A stretch of DNA of 64,000 bases from Centroscyllium fabricii (taxonomy: Eukaryota). The stretch lies in NCBI GenBank assembly GCA_051313645.2, contig JBNRSN020000004.1, positions 300,948,001 through 301,012,000 on the forward strand, given 5' to 3'. The position numbers were made by a program, and so were the translations under genes. Numbering within the stretch: position 1 is the first letter of the stretch; each line of letters opens with the position of its first letter. Of this stretch, positions 62,751 to 64,000 are shown piece after piece. The notes under the pieces are model-generated. The model saw nothing but the letters and a program-made list of their open reading frames with translations, was not told the DNA's origin and made no database searches.

Positions 62751-64000
62751 ATGGATGCTGTGGAGGCTGCAGCGTGGTGCGAAGAGGCAAAGCTGGAGCC
62801 TCATCATGCCTTTTTGATATGTGGTGTTAATGAAGGAGACTCGGATGAGCTGGTACTAGGGGCTCTTAATGATGCTGACGAAGGGGAGGACTTTCAGATA
62901 GTTCAAAGTCAAGTGGACCCAAGTACCCAGACCCGAGTCATACTGGTTAAGACAGGGAGAGATGTGGAATACTTTCCTATGCCAGAAACGGTTGGGAGCG
63001 AAGGGAAAGCTGGTCCCTGGGTCGTTCAGCCCATTGTTAGAAAGAAAATAAAGAGAGAAGAAGATTTTGAAGCAAAATTGCTATGCTTCCTGGGGGGGGA
63101 AGGGAAAAGTGTTAAGGACCTTCAGGGACTATTTGAAACCCCAAGGGAAGATCCCAACCCTCACTTGGTCAGCGCGATAGGGTCGCTGGTTGAGAAGTGT
63201 GCTCAGGTGTCTTCTGAGGCACACGGATATAAGAAACTCCGTCCATTTTCGGGGGAAAGACCCACCCCTAGAGAGGAGGCGGAATATGAAGCCTGGGCAG
63301 AACAGACTTCGTCACTATTAGAAGAATGGCAGTGCAGTGACCAGATCAAGCGGCAAAGGATTGTGGAGAGTCTGAGAGGTCCTGCTACTGACATCCTGAG
63401 ATTTGAAAAAGTCCAAAATTCTTCAGCTACCTCGGCTGATTATATGAAGGCGTTAGAAACGGCTTTCGGAAACACAGAAACGAGTACAGATTTAATGGTC
63501 CGGCTTCGCAGCACTTTTCAAGGAGAGGGGGAAAAATTGTCCAGTTACATGCTGCGTATAGAGAAGCTGTTGCTCTGCCTGCTCCGTAAAAAGGGAATTG
63601 AAGTGGCAGAGCTAGATCGGTTTAGGATGGACCAGATTAGGCGAGGAGCACTGCTAGAAGATATAGTGGCTCTTCGTCTTAGGCTAATGTACAAGGTGTT
63701 GATCCCACCCTCTTTTACCGCATTGTTGAAAGAGGTCCGGGAGGAGGAGGATACATTACAGGCCCGAAGGGAAGTTAAGACTGTGGTGATGTCACAGCCA
63801 GTTGCTTCTTTGAGTGCCCAAGATCCTGAGAAGGAGAGGGATTCTGAGATGGCCGGCTTGAGGGCAGAGATGAAGGCTATGAGGGTCGAGATAGCCCAGG
63901 TCAGGAAGACACCGGGTTCGGCGAAGGGGGTCGACTCGGAAAGGAAGACCGAGGTGATGCCCAAGAAAGGGGAGAGACCGGGGGTCTTTTGCTATAACTG
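62751..64000 (+). CDS. PNMA-like Gypsy Gag, open to the window edge
   Basis: Manual translation MDAVEAAAWCEE...YKKLRPFSGERPTPREEAEYEAWAEQ...VESLRGPA...QGEGEKLSSY...GVFCYN (start of zinc knuckle). Confidence 0.85.
   Translation, partial: MDAVEAAAWCEEAKLEPHHAFLICGVNEGDSDELVLGALNDADEGEDFQIVQSQVDPSTQTRVILVKTGRDVEYFPMPETVGSEGKAGPWVVQPIVRKKIKREEDFEAKLLCFLGGEGKSVKDLQGLFETPREDPNPHLVSAIGSLVEKCAQVSSEAHGYKKLRPFSGERPTPREEAEYEAWAEQTSSLLEEWQCSDQIKRQRIVESLRGPATDILRFEKVQNSSATSADYMKALETAFGNTETSTDLMVRLRSTFQGEGEKLSSYMLRIEKLLLCLLRKKGIEVAELDRFRMDQIRRGALLEDIVALRLRLMYKVLIPPSFTALLKEVREEEDTLQARREVKTVVMSQPVASLSAQDPEKERDSEMAGLRAEMKAMRVEIAQVRKTPGSAKGVDSERKTEVMPKKGERPGVFCYN

Noticed and set aside
62751-64000. Domesticated host PNMA gene
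   Set aside because: Directly preceded by an LTR and PBS and inserted within a Tx1, so it is a transposon gag

Overview
Vertebrate genomic DNA made up almost entirely of nested transposable elements. HE1/V-SINE-type SINEs with CR1 tails point to a cartilaginous fish (inference). No confident host gene was found. The left half holds a Rex1/Babar LINE inside an older LINE, three long CR1 LINEs, a decayed 12.4-kb endogenous retrovirus (tRNA-Ser PBS, env remnant, candidate accessory ORFs), a LINE that starts with a tRNA-derived head, solo LTRs, Harbinger-type MITEs and Penelope/hammerhead remnants. From about 38.7 kb to the end is one nested stack. A CsRn1-like Gypsy is interrupted by a self-priming sushi-type chromovirus. 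Its 5' LTR carries two Tx1-clade LINEs inserted at the same nucleotide and separated by an identical 77-bp duplication containing the LTR core promoter. Each Tx1 is in turn interrupted by a Gypsy element (Mag-like; PNMA-like gag). The best candidate for an undescribed system is a site-specific Tx1 that targets a chromovirus LTR and copies its promoter. The second is a Mag-like element with no tRNA PBS, whose PBS position is complementary to its own poly(A) signal. All coordinates were read by eye and no database searches were run.
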